In this document: in pieces, positions 12,470-26,491 of the stretch
Position numbering within the stretch: position 1 is the first letter of the stretch
Layout of the letters: each line of letters opens with the position of its first letter
Origin: Mobula birostris
Taxonomy: Eukaryota
Assembly: GCF_030028105.1 (NCBI RefSeq)
Contig: NC_092374.1
Span: 8,980,998-9,044,997 of the forward strand
Direction of reading: 5' to 3'
Length of the DNA: 64,000 nucleotides
Translations under genes and position numbers: made by a program
The notes under the pieces: generated by a model
Told to the model about the DNA's origin: nothing
Database searches by the model: none
Seen by the model: the letters and a program-made list of their open reading frames with translations, nothing else

Positions 12470-12494
12470 AAATAAGTGGGAACATACTAATACT

Positions 12495-12775
12495 TAGGTG
12501 GCCGAGTAGGGATAAGTCTCTACCCAAGGAGGTGTAAGATGCTCCTTCCCTCCACTTGCTTGCAGGTCACCCTTGGGCAACAGCTGCTTAGCCCGTGATC
12601 AGGGTCACATGAAGCCATGGGAGGAAGTGCTGGATGGTTGAATGAGCAACTGGAGCATATCAGAATTCCTGGTTATGTGACCTCTGACACCAGGCAGACA
12701 ATCTCTGTAGAGTATCGATAATAGCTGGGGTCACCTGTCTTATATGGACACCGCCCAGAATCTTGGAAACTTTCA
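12495..12775 (+). repeat. Dispersed repeat (possibly an RTE-LINE 5' or SINE-like element); copies ~26990-27250(-) and ~60840-61100(+)
   Basis: Shared motif ggcagacaatctctg..gagtat.gataat...ggggtcacc.gtctt...gacac..cccagaa in three places. Family identity uncertain. Confidence 0.55.
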
Positions 12776-12779
12776 AAAA

Positions 12780-15505
12780 CGCGAGGAATTCTGCAGATGC
12801 TGGAATTTCAAGCAACACACATCAAAGTTGCTGGTGAACGCAGCAGGCCAGGCAGCATCTCAAGGAAGAGGTACAGTTGATGTTTCGGGCCGAGACCCTT
12901 CCTCAGGACTAACTGAAGGAAGAGCTAGTAAGAGATTTGAAAGTGGGAGGGGGAGGGGGAGATCCAAAATGATAGGAGAAGACAGGAGGGGGAGGGATGG
13001 AGCCAAGAGCTGGACAGGTGATTGGCAAAAGGGATATGAGAGGATCATGGGACAGGAGGCCCAGGGAGAAGGAAAAGGGGGACGGGGGGGAAACCCAGAG
13101 GATGGGCAAGGGGTATAATGAGAGGGATAGAGGGAGAAAAAGGAGAGAGAGAGAAAGAATGTGTGTATATAAATAAATAACAGATGGGGTACGAGGGGGA
13201 GGTGGGGCATTAGCTGAAGTTGGAGAAGTCAATGTTCATGCCATCAGGTTGGAGGCTACCCAGACGGAATATAAGGTGTTGTTCCTCCAACCTGAGTGTG
13301 GCTTCATCTTTACAGTAGAGGAGGCCGTGGATAGACATGTCAGAATGAGAATGGGATGTGGAATTAAAATGTGTGGCCACTGGGAGATCGTGCTTTCTCT
13401 GGCGGACGGAGCGTAGGTGTTCAGCAAAACGAGCTCCTAGTCTGCATTGGGTCTTGCCAATATATAGGAGGCCACATCGGGAGCACCGGATGCAGTATAT
13501 CACCCCAGCTGACTCACAGGTGAAGTGTCGCCTCACCTGGAAGGACTGTTTGGGGTCCTGAATGGTGGTAAGGGGGGAAGTGTAAGGGCATGTGTAGCAC
13601 TTGTTCCGCTTACAAGGATAAGTGCCAGGAGGGAGATCAGTGGGGAGGGATGGGGGGGACGAATGGACAAGGGAGTCGCGTAGGGAGCGATCCCCGCGGA
13701 AAGCGGGGTGGGGGCAGAGGGGGAAAGATGTGCTTAGTGGTGGGTTCCCGTTGGAGGTGGCGGAAGTTACGGAGAATAATATGTTGGACCCAGAGGCTAG
13801 TTGGGTGGTAGGTGAGAACCAGGGGAACCCTATTCCTAGTGGGGTGGTGGGAGGATGGAGTGAGAGCAGATGTGCGTGAAATGGGGGAGATGTGTTTGAG
13901 AGCAGAGTTGATGGTGGAGGAAGGGAAGCCCCTTTCTTTAAAAAAGGAGGACATCTCCCTCGTCCTGGAATGAAAAGCCTCATCCTGAGAGCAGACGCGG
14001 CGGAGACAGAGGAATTGCGAGAAGGGGATGGTATTTTTGCAAGAGACAGGGTGAGAAGAGGAATAGTCCAGGCAGTTGTGAGAGTCAGTAGGCTTATAGT
14101 AGACATCAGTAGATAAGCTGTCTCCAGAGACAGAGACAGAAAGATCTAGAAAGGGGAGGGAGGTGTCGGAAACGGGCTAATTCCGCGAGACGGGGCAGAG
14201 CGGTGGTAGAGGGGAACTGATTAGGTCTGGAATCCAAAAAGAAGCGGAGAGCTTTGAGACCTTCTTATTGGGGGATGGAAGTATATAGGGACTGGACATC
14301 CATGGCGAAAGTAAAGCGGTGGGCGCCAGGGAACTTAAAATCATCGAAAAGTTTAAGAGCGTGAGAAGTGTCACAAACATAGGTAGGAAGGGATTGAACA
14401 AAGGGGGATAAAACCGTGTCGAGGTATGCAGAAACGAGTCCGGTAGGGCAGGAGCAAGCTGAGACAATAGGTCTGCCAGGACAGGCAGGTTTGTGGATCT
14501 TGGGTAGGAGGTAGAAACGGGAAGTGCGAGGTGTGGGAACTATAAGGTTGGTAGCAGTGGATGGGAGATCCCCTGAACGGATAAAGTCGGTGATGGTGTG
14601 GGAGACAATGGCCTGGTGCTCCTTAGTGGGGTCACATTCGAGAGGTAAATAAGAGGAGGTATCCACGAGTTGTCCCTGTGCCTCGGCAAGGTAGAGGTCA
14701 GTACGCCAGACTACAACAGCACCCCCCTTATCGTCGGGTTTAATAGTAAGGTTAGGATTAGTGCGGAGGGAGTGGAGAGCAGAGCGTTCCGAAGGAGTAA
14801 GGTTGGAATGGGGACAAAGTGCGGTGAAGTCGAGACGGTTGATGTCCCGTCGGCAGTTAGCAATAAAGAGATCCAAGGCAGGCAGAATACCAGAGCGGGC
14901 TGTCCATGAAGAGGAGGAGGGTTGAAGACGGGAGAAGGGGTCATCGGTGGGGGTGGAAGAGTGTTTGCAGAAGAAGTAGGCTCGGAGACGGAGACGGTGG
15001 AAGAAAAGTTCCGCATCATGGCGAACACGGAACTCGCTGAGGTGTGGGCGAACAGGGACAAAGGTGAGGCCCTTACTGAGGACACAGCGTTCTGCCTCAA
15101 ACAGTTGAAGGTCGGAGGGGATGGTAAAGACCTGGCACGGATGAGAGCTGGGATCAGAGGAGGGAGGGGGAGGCTGGGGGTGTCAATGGAGAGGGGAGGG
15201 TTGGGGTGAGAGGAAGATGGAGCCTTTGAGTACCCAAGAGCTGACGGTGGGATCTGAGGGAGACGGGGTTGCAGAGTGGTGGTGGGGAAAGGGGAGACGG
15301 TAGTCACAATAGCAGCAGATAAAGACCCGGCCTGGAGTTCAAGGCTGGAGTCGCAGTTGGTGGTTGCGCAATCGCTTTGAAGGTGTCCATGGTCGTTGCT
15401 GGAGTCCGGGTTTTGAACATGCCCTGAAGTGCTGGAGCCGGCGAGATCAATGGCAGAAGCCGCAATCTGAAGTTCATGCCTGCTAGCGTCAGGGCCAGCG
15501 GGGGG
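12780..15505 (-). mobile_element. Penelope-like element with the RT core deleted
   Basis: RT N-terminus (IKPDDKGG, LPKIHK, GRPIVS, LYTSIP) and GIY-YIG endonuclease (VIYC...YIGKT...RFAEH). The sequence jumps from LAEL to SDTSL near 14175, removing the catalytic DD region. Confidence 0.92.
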
Positions 15506-15609
15506 TCTGCAGATATATAATCTTGCGATCTTTGCCTAACATGACAAAGTCAAAAAAACGGCGATTGCAGACATGGATCTTGGAAAATTTGTTGTCTTTC
15601 AGCAAAATG

Positions 15610-16105
15610 AAGTTCTGTTCTATTCTTAAAATCCCAAGGAACTCAGCAGGTCAGGTTGCATCTATTGCAAAAATAAATGGTCAACGTTTTACGCCAAGAT
15701 CCTTCATCAGGACTGGAAAGGAAGGAGGAAGAATCCAAAATAAGAAGGTGGGGGTAGAAAGGAGTACAATTTGGCAGGTGAGAGATGAGAACAGGTAGGA
15801 AGGGGAGGAGGATGAAGTGAGACTCTGGGAGGTGGTAGCTGGAAAAGGTAAGGGCTGAAGAAGGAAATTGGTAGGAGAGGAGACTGGGTCAAGGGAGAAA
15901 GTGAAGAATGAGGCGCAGAGTGCATTACTTCACACTTCTTAAGTTCTTCTGTCACTGTTCTGCCAAATTTGCCTCAGTATCACATGCTTGCTCTTGTATT
16001 CTAGCCCTCATGAAATGAATGCTAACATTGCATTTGCCTTCCTCACCACTGACTCAAACTGCAAGGTAACCTTTCGGGTGTTCTTCGGAGGGATTCCCAA
16101 ATCCC
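15610..16105 (-). mobile_element. Penelope terminal fragment (~15610-15945) plus short CR1 fragment (~15950-16105)
   Basis: Terminal-repeat/hammerhead relic at 15685-15715; CR1 VVRKANAMLAFI-like remnant. Confidence 0.6.
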
Positions 16106-16109
16106 TTTG

Positions 16110-18530
16110 CATCTCAGATACCCGTGATTTTAAGGAGGGGAATTACCAACAAAGTTTCGCTTTATGCTGATGACCTTTTGCTCTACATTTCTAATGTGGA
16201 GTCTTCTTTACCTTCTGTACTTTCTTTACTCTCCTGCTTTACTCAGTTTTCAGGATATAAACTAAACTTTCATAAGAGTGAATTTTTACCTTTGAATGCC
16301 AGGTAGACATATGCATTTTAATTTGCGTCATCTTTTCAATATTTTATATACACAACATGCAGAAGAGGCTGTAGTCATATCATTAGATGCGCAACATGTG
16401 TTTGACCAAGTGGAATGGCCATATATAATGTTTGCACTTAAGAAATTTGGATTTGGACCATCTTTCATTAAATGGATTGAGATAATTTATTCACACCCAT
16501 CTGCTTCTATTATCACGAATCAGAATATTTCCTCCCCTTTTGCAATTCATCGTGGGACTCGTCAAGGCTGCCCCCTTCTCCGTCTTTGGTTGCAGTTATC
16601 ATTGAGCCATTGGCTGTCAGCATCAGACAGGACCCTTTGATATCTCCCATTGATATGCATGGACATTAACATCACCTTTAGTTATATGCTGACGATGTCC
16701 TTTTATATATTTCAAGCCCACAAACATCAATACCCGCCCTTCTGTCAATAATTAATAATTTTGGTAGTTTCTCAGGTTTCTCTATTAATTGGGGTAAGAG
16801 TGAACTAATGCCAGTTACTGCAGAGGTTAATACAGTGTGTTTACAGTCCATTCCCTTTAAAATAACTTATGATAATTTTTCCTATCTTGGTGTGACTATT
16901 ACAAAAAACCCAGATGACCTTTTTCAAGTAAATTGACGAAACAAAGTTGAGCAGGTTAAGTGCAATATTGACTTTTGGAAAACCCTTCCAATTTCTTTGG
17001 TGGGGAGGGTTAACGCAATCAAGATGATTGTACCGCCACGATTTCTTCATCTTTTCAAGTCAATTCCACATTTTATTCTTCTGTCATATTTTAAGCCATT
17101 GGATTCAATTATTATACTCTTCATTTGGAATTATAAAGCCATTGGAATTACTAAAAAGCACTTATCAAAGCCCAAGGAAGCAGGTGGTTTTGCCCTACTG
17201 GACATTAAAATGTATTACTGGGCTGCCCACCTATCCATTCTTGCATGGTGGAAAAAAGGCCCACCCTCTACCTAAGACTCATGCCCAGCATGGTTACTCA
17301 TAGAGCGAGTGCTTTGTAAGAAGACTTCCTTACCAGCTCTCCTTAATAGCCCCACTGCAGTTAATAAGTCACATTTTAGTAACAGCTTCGTGGTTGGCAG
17401 CACTATAAGAATTTGGAAGCAGATTCAACTACACATTAAGGCTCCAAAAACTTATATTAATACTCTGATTTGTAACAATCATTCCTTTTTGCCTGGCCTG
17501 AATGATACTATTTTTTTCTACCTGGAAACAGAGAGGCATCTGGAGTGTAGGTGACCTATATATTAATGGAAAATTTGCCTCATTTGCGCAGTTACAAGCA
17601 GTTTACAATATCCCTACATCTAGTTTTTTTTTAGATATTTACAAACTCGAGATTGTTAGGAAATATATACCTTACTTCAAAATTTTAGACAAACATGAGT
17701 CCCTGGAGGCAATAAATAAATTTGATCCTGTTACTCATAGTGCGGTATCCTGTTTTTATCAGATCCTACACAATGGAGCTCGGGTGAATACTGCAGGTCT
17801 TAAACAGGCATGGGTGGATGAATTGGGTACAGAACTGACAGAGGAGGTCTGGGATGAGTGTTTAAAGAGTGTTCGTGATTGTTCGGTCAAAGCCAGACAC
17901 AGACTTATACAGTTTAAAACAATACATTACTCCAAAGCAAAGTTGCACAGTTTCTACCCTGATGTTTCACCAGTTTATAATAGATGTAAATCTGTGAACA
18001 GTAACTTGTCACATTCATTCTGGTCATCTTGTAAGCTTTATACATACTGGAAAAGTATTTTTCACAGTTTCTCTGAGGCTTTTGGCAAGCGGTGGGAACC
18101 AGGCCCACTTATAGTCATCCTTGGAGCAACAAGCTCCCTATCTTCAGGCAAAAAGTATGAAAAAAAGGCTGTATTCTTTGGCATGGTGATTGCTAAGAAG
18201 TTAATCCTGCAAATGTGGAAAATGGACTCTGTGCCTACGTACGATCTGTGGCTGAGAGAACTGGCAAATACTTTACATTTGGAGAGACTGAGACTATGTA
18301 ATGAGGACAGAGGAGACATCTTTGAAAGGATATGGGGCCCTGTATTGGACTTTCTCATGGGGTGAGGACTGAGGTTTTTTGGTGCGGTGCACCTCGGCTC
18401 TGTATGTTTATTTTTGCCTTTATGTTTTTCTCCCTTTTGCTGCTCAATATTTAATTAGATTTTGTTAAGGTCGGGCTTTTTGTAGATGTGCTTTTTTTGT
18501 TGTTTTTTTGTTTGTAATTAAAAAAGATTA
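16110..18530 (+). mobile_element. L1-clade LINE 3' portion (two RT fragments), degraded
   Basis: SLYADDLLL, GTRQGCPL, GRVNAIKM, C-terminal C..HSFWSC, T-rich 3' UTR. Confidence 0.88.
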
Positions 18531-18544
18531 AAAGAAATGAATAC

Positions 18545-21500
18545 AAAAATACCAGTGATATCATTAGATTCCTGGAAAGCAATAACTAAAGGTTCTAAGA
18601 ACAAATCAAAAAGCAAAGGACTCAAAGGACAACCTTGTCTAGTTCCACGTTGAAGTTTAAATGGTTTAGAATTCTGAGAGTTAATAAGAACCTGAGCGAA
18701 GGGAGATAAATAAAGTAATTTAATCCATTGATTAAAATCGGGCCCAAAGTTAAATTTTTCTAAGTTTTAAATAAATAATTCCATTCAAACCGATCAAAGG
18801 CTTTCTCAAAATCTATCATACATTCCAATATCTCTTTAGAAGGAGAATAAATAACATTCAATAAACGATGAATATTAAAGTGGGAGAATTGATTTTTGAT
18901 AGATCCAGTCTGATCAACAGAAATAATAGATGGCAAAATATTTTCAATCCTACGAACCAAAAGTTTAGATAAAATTTTAGCATCAAGAGTAAGTAAAGAA
19001 ATTGGTCTATAAGAAGAACATTCAGTTGAATCCTTATTCTTTTTAAGAATAAGCGAAATAGAGGCATCATAAAAAGATTGTGGCAACCTACCTAATGTAA
19101 AAGGTCCGAAAGGACTGAATATAAGTGAGGTATAAGCAAAGAGGAAAAGCCTTATAAAACTCTCCAGAAAATCTATCAGGACCCTGAGCCTTCTCCGAGT
19201 GCGAAGAGTGAACAACCTCAGCAATTTCCTCATAAGAAATGGGTTGATCCAGTAATTTTCGATTATCATCAGAAAGTGTAGGAATGTTTAATCGATCTAA
19301 GAAATTATTCATTACAGTATTATCCTTAGGAGGATAAGAACTATAAAGTTTAGAATAGAATTTTCTAAAAGTATCGCTTATTTCTAAATGATCAGGTGTT
19401 TTATCACCATTCGTCATCTGAACCCTTAGTGCCTAGGTGACACATGGGGCCTCTTAACACCATTAGCTTTACAAATTTCTTTAATTTGGCGTTTAACTAT
19501 AAAGGCCTTTCATTGATTAGCCAATAGTTTACCCGTTTTATCTCCATGAACATAAAACTGACTTTTATCTTTTAAAAGTTCAGTTTCCATTGGATAAGTT
19601 AAAAGCAGATCATATTTAGTTTTAATTTCAACATGTCTTTTATATAAAACAGAACCTGGAGCCAAAGCATATTTTTGGTCTAATTGTTTCAAATGATTGG
19701 CTAATTCAATTCTCTCCTTATGAGCTTTTTTTCTTACCGCTTGTGGTAAAAGAAATAATTTGTCCCCTAATATAAGCCTTAAAAGCATCCCATAAAATAA
19801 GACTCTTCTAGCGTATTCTCTCCAAAAAAAGAGGAATTTGTCTCTCCAAAATTTTTTAAAAATCCTTATCAGATTACAGAGTTGGATTAAAATGCCAGAA
19901 TCTGTTTATTTGGGAGACACCTGGAAGATTTAAAGATAAAAACACAGGAGCATGATCTGAAACAGCAGTTTCTTTATATTCACAGGATCGAACCAATGGA
20001 ATCAATTGACTATCAACAAAAAAATAATCAATTCTGGAATGCGCATGATGAACATGCAAAAAAAATGAGTACTCTTTATCTGTTGGATACAAAAAGCGCC
20101 AAACATCAACAATATCACATTTCATTAGAAAAGATTGGATAAAAGAGGCAGATCTACTAAAAGTGAATCGTTTGAAAGATGAGCGATCTAAAACAGGGTC
20201 TAAACAACAGTTGAAGTCTCCTCCTAAAACCAGAGAATATAGACTGGTAAAAGTGAAAAAAAAAGCGTTCAAAAAGGCCTGGAACATCTATATTCAGGGT
20301 ATACAAATTAGCAAAAACCATTAATTTAGTATTTAATTTCCCTGACACTATAACAAAATGCCCATTGGTATCAGACACAACATTATGTTGAACGTAAGAA
20401 ACTAAATTGTCAATAAAAATCGAAAATCCTCTGGCCTTAGCCTGAAAGGAGGAATGAAAAAAATAAGCCCTTCCAATGGCTGAAAAGACGTAAATTATCA
20501 CATTTACGAACATGTGTTTCTTGTAAAAAAAAATTGAGACATTCAATTTCTTAATATAATTAAATATCTTACTACATTTCACAGGATTGCTTAATCCTTT
20601 CACATTAAAACTAAGTAAATTAATAGTATGGTCCATTTAAAATATTGCTTAAAAGAGAGGTTAGAATAAAAATCGCTGGAATGTATATTAAATCCAAACA
20701 ATGAGCTTTAAGATAAAGTAACCAAGCAACAAATGAAGCTACGGGAACCAAACAGCTGATAGAAAATAAGAAACCCACCTCTCACCCCCCCCACCCAAAG
20801 AGAGAAAGTCGACCAGAGGGTAGTCAACAGCTAAGCCTACCAACATTACGCTCCCAAAACAATCTACTGGTTGAGCTCCAAAAAATTTCAAGGCTACCTG
20901 CATTCCAACAAGACAGAACAAAAAAAAACAGAGCAAAATTAAATTTATTAAAAAAACTCATGAAAAAATATAGTATAAAATATTTAAAAGAACTAAAAAT
21001 TCAGAACATATTAATCTGGGAAGTATTAACTCAATGAAAGCTTACTGATGTTAAATCCTTAATTTTCTAAGCAAAGAAATTAAAGCATAAAAAATTAGAT
21101 ATGAAGGTATACCAAAAGTTTAAAAAAATGTTCATAAAAGAAAGTAATGAAAAGTTAGACTGCTGATTCTGAAAAAAGAATCCATTAGGCAGACGGAATA
21201 TACATTTATGTAGGCAATTATTGAACAGTTAAACTTCTGATACTGATTCGGAAATTAAAAAATCCTGCACCTCTCGAGTCGAATGGAACCGTTTCTGAGA
21301 GCCATTTTTAGAAATGATTCTAAGACAACTAGGGTAACGAGGAGAGGATTTAAAAACTTTATTATACAATTCCGACATAACCTTTTTAAACTTGAAGTGT
21401 TCATTCAACACCTCGGGCGAAAAATCCTCCACAATTCTGATCTTCTGGCCTTCATAATCAATCATACCTTTCTGACGAGATTCACGAATTAAAAATTCCT

Positions 21501-22135
21501 TTGTTTAAAAGTCGTGAAGACAAATTACCACTGAACGGGGTCGTTCTCCTGGAGGAGAACGTTCTCTTGGTACTGAGCTCAGTTTATTTTAGGTGGAGAT
21601 TTTAAAATATTCGGAAATAAGTTAGCCGTAAGGTTTGCAAAAAATTCCAAAGGCTGATTGCCTTCCACTACCTCTTTAAAACCCAGAATTCATATGTTAT
21701 TTCTTCTGATTCTATTATCTAAGTCGATAATCTTCTGTCTTAATTTTTCGTTAACCTTTGACTGTTTATCACGGATCTTTTCCAGGTCATCAGTCTTCGC
21801 ATCCAACATCGTCAAAGTGTCTTCATTCTTTTTTATCCATTTCTCGTGTTCACAAAGTTTTTTGAATAGAATCCAATTTTACATCCATTCATTAAATTCA
21901 GCGCTGAGTTGCCAGAATTTCTGCTGGAACTTCTCCGAAAGTTCATTTTTATGTTTCCGAATTGTCTCCATAATAGATCCAAAGTTATAGGAGGGTACTC
22001 TTCTTTTTAGTAGCTTTGGCACCCCTCATAGTAAAACAATATTGCGTTTAAAAGTAAGTTTTCAAAACAAGTTGGAAACAGTAAATTAAGTAGAGTAGGA
22101 GCAACTATAAAAACGCTGCTACTCTATCGACAGCC
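18545..22135 (-). mobile_element. L1-clade LINE, 5' portion (ORF1, APE, start of RT), degraded
   Basis: ORF1 remnant IRIVEDFSPEV; APE SFNVKGL, GGDFN, SRIDYF, SDH; RT YRPISLL, DFEKAFDR. Confidence 0.9.
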
Positions 22136-22139
22136 TGTA

Positions 22140-25100
22140 AGTTTCCCAGAGGACTGTAAAGCGCTCAATTTCTTTCTGGACAGCAAACCCAACTAGTTCC
22201 GCTCCAGCACCACTCTTCTGCATCTGGCGGAACTGCTCCTCACCCTCAACAATTTCTCCTTCGGCTCCCCCACTTCTTTCAAACCCGAGGTGTAGCCATG
22301 AGCACTTGCATGGGTCCCAGCTATCTACTGGAAGATGTTATATTTTACAAACCCATTGACTCTCACAGCTGTCTTGACTATATCTCTTCACAACCAGTCA
22401 CTTGTAAAAATACTATTCCCCTTGCTCAGTTTCTCTGTATCCACTGCATTGCACGTTGAAGCTTTACCTTCCAGAAAAACTGAGATGTCCTACGTCAAAG
22501 AAAGGGGTGTCCCTTCCTCCACCTTAAACCCGCCTTCTCTTGCATCTCTTCCATTTCATGCACATCTGCCCTCACCTCATCCCACCGTCGCCACACCGGG
22601 GATAGGGTTCCTCTTGTCCTCAGCTATCACTTCAAAAGCCTTCACATCTAGCATATCATTCTCTGTAAGGTCCACCATCGCCAACGGATCACACCACTGA
22701 GCACATCTTTCCCTCCCACCCACTTGCCGCAGAGATCAGTCCCTACACAACTCCCTTGTCCACTCGTCCCTCCCGACTGATCTGCCTTCTGGCACCTCTC
22801 CTTGCATGTATAGCAAGTGGCACACTTGCCCCTACATCTCTTCTCTCACAATCCTGCCAGGTGAAGAAATACTTCATCTGTGAGTCAGTTGGGGTCATCT
22901 ACTATTCCTGGTGCTCCCGGTGTGGCTTCCTATAAATCGCTGAGACCCAACGTAGATTAGGAGACAACTTCGCCGAACTCCTACACTCTGCCCGCAGGAA
23001 ACGTCAGGATCTCCCGGGAGCCACCCATTTCAATTCTACTTCCCAATCCCATTCCAACATGTCAGTCCATGGCCTCCCATACTAGTACGCTGAGGGCACA
23101 CTCAGGTTGGAGGAGTAACACCCTATCTCCTGTCTGGCTTACCTCTAACCTGATGGCATGAACATCGACTTCTTGAACTTCCAGCAATTGCCCCCCCCCC
23201 ACTTTCCTTCACTATTCCCCATTTTTGATCCCCTCCTGCACCTCTTCTTCTTACCTGCCCGTCAGCTCCACGTGCCTCGTGAAGACCTGGCTGATGGAGG
23301 AGATACCGGACCACGCTATCGAGCCCTTGGATTTCTCCCCGTTTCAGGTGGACAGATCAAAAAATCACTCTGGGAAAAGTAAAGTAGGTGGAGCATGCAT
23401 GGCGGTCAACAATGCTTGTGCGACCCCCAGAATGCGCATGCCCTCAAATGATTTTGATCCCCAGACCTGGAATACCCTGGTGCTGCTGTGCAGACCGTAC
23501 TGGCTGGCTAGGGAGTTCACGGCTATTATCATCAGAGCGGTGTACATTCCGCCATAGGCTGATACTGACCTGGCTCTCAAGGAACTGTACGAGACAATCA
23601 ACATGCTGGAGTGTGCACACCCAGAGGTTGCCTTCATCGTCTCTGGTGACTTTAATCAAGTGTCGCTGACGAAATTCTCTCCGAAGTTTTGTCAGCACAT
23701 CCAGGTGAGCGCACGTGGAGATAGGACACTTGACCACCGCTACGCTCCCTTCAGCAACGCTTACAAAGCTCTCCTTCGCCCAGCTTTTGGAAAATCAGAT
23801 CACTCTTCGATCCTGCTTTTGCCGATCTACAAACAGAAGCTGAAACAAGAGGCGGCCATAGTTAAAACCGTCCACTGTTGGTCCGACCAGTCGGTCTCCA
23901 AGCTGCAGGACTGCTTCGATGATGTCGACTGGAATGTCTTCTATGTTGAGATGTCCCCCAGTTCATGGATGGAGTCACGTGCCTCATGCGGAAGTGGATC
24001 GATGACGTTGTCCCCCAGAAGTCGGTCGGGGTCTTCCCGAACCAGAAACCCTGGATCAATAGTTCTGTGTGAGCAGAACTGACCGCGCGACTTAGAGCTT
24101 ACACTGCCGGCAATCAGCAGGAGCTCAAGAAAAGCAGCTACGATCTGCGCAAAGCTATCAGGGCTGCGAAACAACAATACAGGGACAAGATTAAGTCAAG
24201 ATTCACAATGAATAGCACACGGGACTTGTGCCGGGGGTTTAACATGATCGCCGACTTCAAAGCCAAACGTAGTGGTGCCTCCAACATCGCGGCCTGTCTC
24301 CCAGCTGAGCTCAATCGCTTTTACGCTCGGTTCGATGACGCTAACTCTGAGCCTCCGAGGAAAGCCGCCGCTGCAACTTGCAACCTGGTCATCTCTGAGG
24401 CTGAGGTACGCAGCTGTTTCCAACGAGTGGACAGTCGCAAGGCTGCAGGACCGGACGGCATCCCAGGGCGAGTACTCGGGATGTGAGCAGCACAACTGGC
24501 AGGTGTGTTTACAGACATTTTTAATCTCTCCCTCTCCCAGTGTCGAGTGCCCTCCTGCTTCAAAACATCCACCATTGTCCCTATACCAAAAAGACTGAAA
24601 GACCGGCGTCTTGTCACTCTCACCTTAATAATAAGCAAATACTTTGAGAGGCTGGTCAAGGACTACATCTGCAGCTTGTTACCACCCAAAATGGACCCCC
24701 TACAATTTGCCTGTCGACACAACCGACCGACAGACGACTCACTAGCCACTGCTCTACATACCGTCCTTATACATCTGGAGAAGAAGGATGCTTACGTGAG
24801 AATGCTGTTCTTGGACTACAGTTCAGCATTCAACACCATAATTCCATCCAGGCGCGACAAGAAGCTCAGAGACCTCTGCCTTCACCCTGTCTTGTGCACC
24901 TGGATCCTGGACCTCCTGTCAGATCACCGGCTCCCTCACCTCCACCCCTCTTTCACCTCAGACGGTTGAGGAAGTTTGGTATGGGCTCCCCCAAAACCCA
25001 AGAACTTTCTACAGGGGCACAATTGAGAGCATCCTGACTGGCTGCATCACTGCCTGGTATGGGAACTGTACCTCCCTTAACCGCAGGGCTCTGCAGAGAG

Positions 25101-25790
25101 TGGTGTGGACAGCCCAGCGCATCTGTAGTTGTGAACTTCCCATGATTCAGGACATTTACAAAGACAGGTGTGTAAAAAGGGCCCGAAGAATCATTGGGGA
25201 CCTGAGTCACCCCAACCACGGTCTATTCCAGCTGCTACCATCTGGGAAACGGTACCGCAGCATAAAAGCCAGCAACAACAGTCTCCGGGACAGCCTCTTC
25301 CACCAGGCCATCAGACTTATTAACTCACGCTGATTTCAGTGTATTTCTATGTTACATTGACTGTTCTATTTACTATAAATTATACATTACTATGATTGCA
25401 CACTGCATATTTAAACAGAGACGTAATATAAAAATTTTTACTCCTTTTGTATGCAAAGGATGTTAAAAATAAAGTCAATTCTAATTCTACTTCTCCCCCT
25501 GCCGTTTCTTTCATGGTCTTCGACCCTCTCCTGTCAGATTCCCCTTCTGCAGCTCTTTATCTCGTTCACCAACCAACTTCCCAGCTCTTCACTTCACCCC
25601 ATCCCTTCCTCAGGTTTCACCTATCATCGGCCACCATGTACGACTTCCATAGCTCCCCGAACTTTCTTATTCAGACTTCTTGCCCCTTCTCTTTCCAGTC
25701 CTGAGGAAGGGTCTCACCCCGAAACATCGACTGTTTATTCCCATCTATAGATGCTGCCTGATCTGCTGAGCTCCTCCAGCACTTTGTGTG
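22140..25790 (+). mobile_element. Old Penelope-like element (22140-23255 and 25480-25790) split by a Rex1-like LINE
   Basis: Degenerate RT/GIY-YIG remnants and a terminal hammerhead-bearing repeat at 25696-25790. Confidence 0.8.
23260..25475 (+). mobile_element. Rex1/Babar-like LINE with internal RT deletion
   Basis: APE RPYWLAREFT...AVYIPP, GDFN, SDH; [13 protein letters not shown]; C-terminal LPSGKRYRS. Deletion near 24930. Confidence 0.8.
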
Positions 25791-25876
25791 TTGCTATGCA
25801 TGTATCAAACTTGTTTCCATATCGATAAAAACCCACGGGGAGTGTATAGCCAATTGGATGAAAGGGGGGCAGGAAG

Positions 25877-26012
25877 NNNNNNNNNNNNNNNNNNNNNNNN
25901 NNNNNNNNNNNNNNNNNNNNNNNNNNNNNNNNNNNNNNNNNNNNNNNNNNNNNNNNNNNNNNNNNNNNNNNNNNNNNNNNNNNNNNNNNNNNNNNNNNNN
26001 NNNNNNNNNNNN
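25877..26012. other. Assembly gap (136 N) in a GA-rich simple-repeat region
   Basis: N run; the matching interval of the paralog (~62090-62226) is of similar length. Confidence 0.98.
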
Positions 26013-26491
26013 GAGAGCGACGGAGAAAGAGAGAAAGAGAGACAGCGAGAATGAGAGAGAGATAGAACGTGCATGAGTGAGATTGCGCCTGGGAGAAAGA
26101 GCAAAAGAGAGAGACAGAGCGTGAAAGAGAGAACGTGAGATAGTTGCATTTGTGACATAGATTTCAGATCAAAGGGGAATGACTATGGACCAGATCCAGT
26201 CCATCCAGAGGTAGGGCAGGAAGCTCTTCCTCTCACTGAGGTAGGTGGATTCTAGTTTCCCTTCTGTTTCTTTTTTCTGTAGTTGGACTCTCTCCACACC
26301 TGATAGGAGAATTTATAAATTGTGATGAGTGGATGTTTCCATGAGCCGTTGCATTTGTGCTCAGAACCAAGGGGCTGACAGGACGTAAAATAGATATGGG
26401 CCATCAGTATGGTGGAACTGGGTTAATGGACTGAATGGCCTCTGAAATGTCCCAGACCCAGGAAGGATGGACCACTCACTGGATTTATCAC

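Noticed and set aside
25786-26158. ORFs spanning the N run
   Set aside because: Artefacts of the assembly gap and GA repeats.
26168-26240. AG...GT-bounded mini-exon antisense to the C2-TM exon (paralog at 61883-61955)
   Set aside because: It is on the wrong strand for the receptor, the acceptor context is purine-rich, and all substitutions between copies are non-synonymous. Conservation is explained by the duplication.
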